Below the pieces are notes generated by a model, which had not been told where the DNA came from, did not search any database, and worked only from the letters and a program-made list of their open reading frames with translations. This document shows, one piece after another, positions 37,260 to 37,763 of a stretch of DNA of 37,763 nt. This stretch comes from a virus (Duplodnaviria; Heunggongvirae; Uroviricota; Caudoviricetes): the IMG/VR virus record IMGVR_UViG_2522572023_000009, one strand, 5' to 3'. A program made the translations under genes and the position numbers. Each line of letters begins with the position of its first letter. Positions within the stretch are counted from its first letter, which is position 1.

Positions 37260-37286
37260 AATCTCCCTTACACGGGCTTATTTTTT
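37260..37286. repeat. attR core: 27-bp P2-type attachment core, identical to attL
   Basis: AATCTCCCTTACACGGGCTTATTTTTT, about 80 bp downstream of the int stop. Confidence 0.85.
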
Positions 37287-37445
37287 TATGCATAAGCCCT
37301 ATCTCTGGTAACCGTCTTCCATTGACCACATCGATAGAATCCTCCTTCATAGCACGATGCCTTTCACTTATCGGCATCGTGCTCCCACAGGTTCCGGCTA
37401 CGCACAGCCAGAACGCGCATATTTGACGCTTACCAAAAAATATTC

Positions 37446-37763
37446 TCACTCTCCACATTTGAATGTCAGACGAGCGACACCATGTAATCCTACACCTTCT
37501 GTCTTCAGCTCAACTATTTGCATTTTTTTGCCCTGAGTAACACAGAAATGAGTTGCATCATTTTTTACTATATTTTCTGCACCAGATATTCTACCCCTGG
37601 CTAAAGAAGCTTCGGCTTCGGTGTAGTATTGGTTATCGAGTTTACGCTGAATATTACTTTTATATGCAAGACCAAATTTACCGATACTTGTCTCATCATT
37701 ATGCACAGCACAACCAGACATAATAAAAATACTAATTAATGATATAGCAGCTATCTTTTTCAT
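37446..37763 (-). CDS. yegR: YegR, small hypothetical protein with a lipoprotein-like signal, 105 aa
   Basis: MKKIAAISLISIFIMSGCAVHN... matches E. coli YegR as recalled, and the start codon sits at the window edge. This is the gene that flanks the P2 remnant in K-12. Confidence 0.8.
   Translation of the reverse strand: MKKIAAISLISIFIMSGCAVHNDETSIGKFGLAYKSNIQRKLDNQYYTEAEASLARGRISGAENIVKNDATHFCVTQGKKMQIVELKTEGVGLHGVARLTFKCGE

Larger units (their letters stand above)
1507..37286. mobile_element. P2-like (Peduovirus) prophage, ~35.8 kb, integrated at the 3' end of cyaR
   Basis: Complete P2-collinear gene set, a cos site at 25204–25222, 27-bp flanking direct repeats, and int adjacent to attR. 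Confidence 0.95.

Noticed and set aside
37243-37458. A 71-aa minus-strand ORF spanning the attR-to-yegR intergenic region
   Set aside because: It overlaps the att core and the yegR 3' end and has no supporting features; it is probably spurious.

Overview
This window is an Escherichia coli-type chromosomal segment, yegQ–cyaR on the left and yegR on the right, carrying a ~35.8 kb P2-like (Peduovirus) prophage between them (about 1507–37286). The prophage is bounded by a 27-bp direct repeat (attL/attR core) that overlaps the 3' end of the sRNA gene cyaR. Gene order is collinear with P2: ogr, D, U, T, E/E', FII, FI, [cargo], G, H, I, J, W, V, [cargo], S, R, lysC/B/A, K, Y, X, L, M, N, O on the minus strand, P and Q on the plus strand, the cos site, [cargo], then A, orf83–80, B, orf78, cox on the minus strand and C, int on the plus strand. 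Three AT-rich cargo loci sit at the variable positions of the backbone. The most interesting is a tightly packed three-gene operon at the tin/old position (25346–28767) ending in an SMC/Rad50-like ABC ATPase; its architecture resembles Lamassu/DdmABC-type defence systems, but its first two proteins are not recognisable to me. The other two are a two-gene module at the Z/fun position (8687–9686) and a three-helix membrane protein at the orf30 position (14997–15782). The prophage also looks immobilised: int is split by a 2442-bp IS66-family element with an 8-bp target duplication, and the endolysin gene K carries a single-base frameshift. All calls rest on reading the sequence and the supplied ORF track against recalled P2 and E. 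coli K-12 knowledge; no database search was run, and coordinates I derived myself may be off by a base or two.
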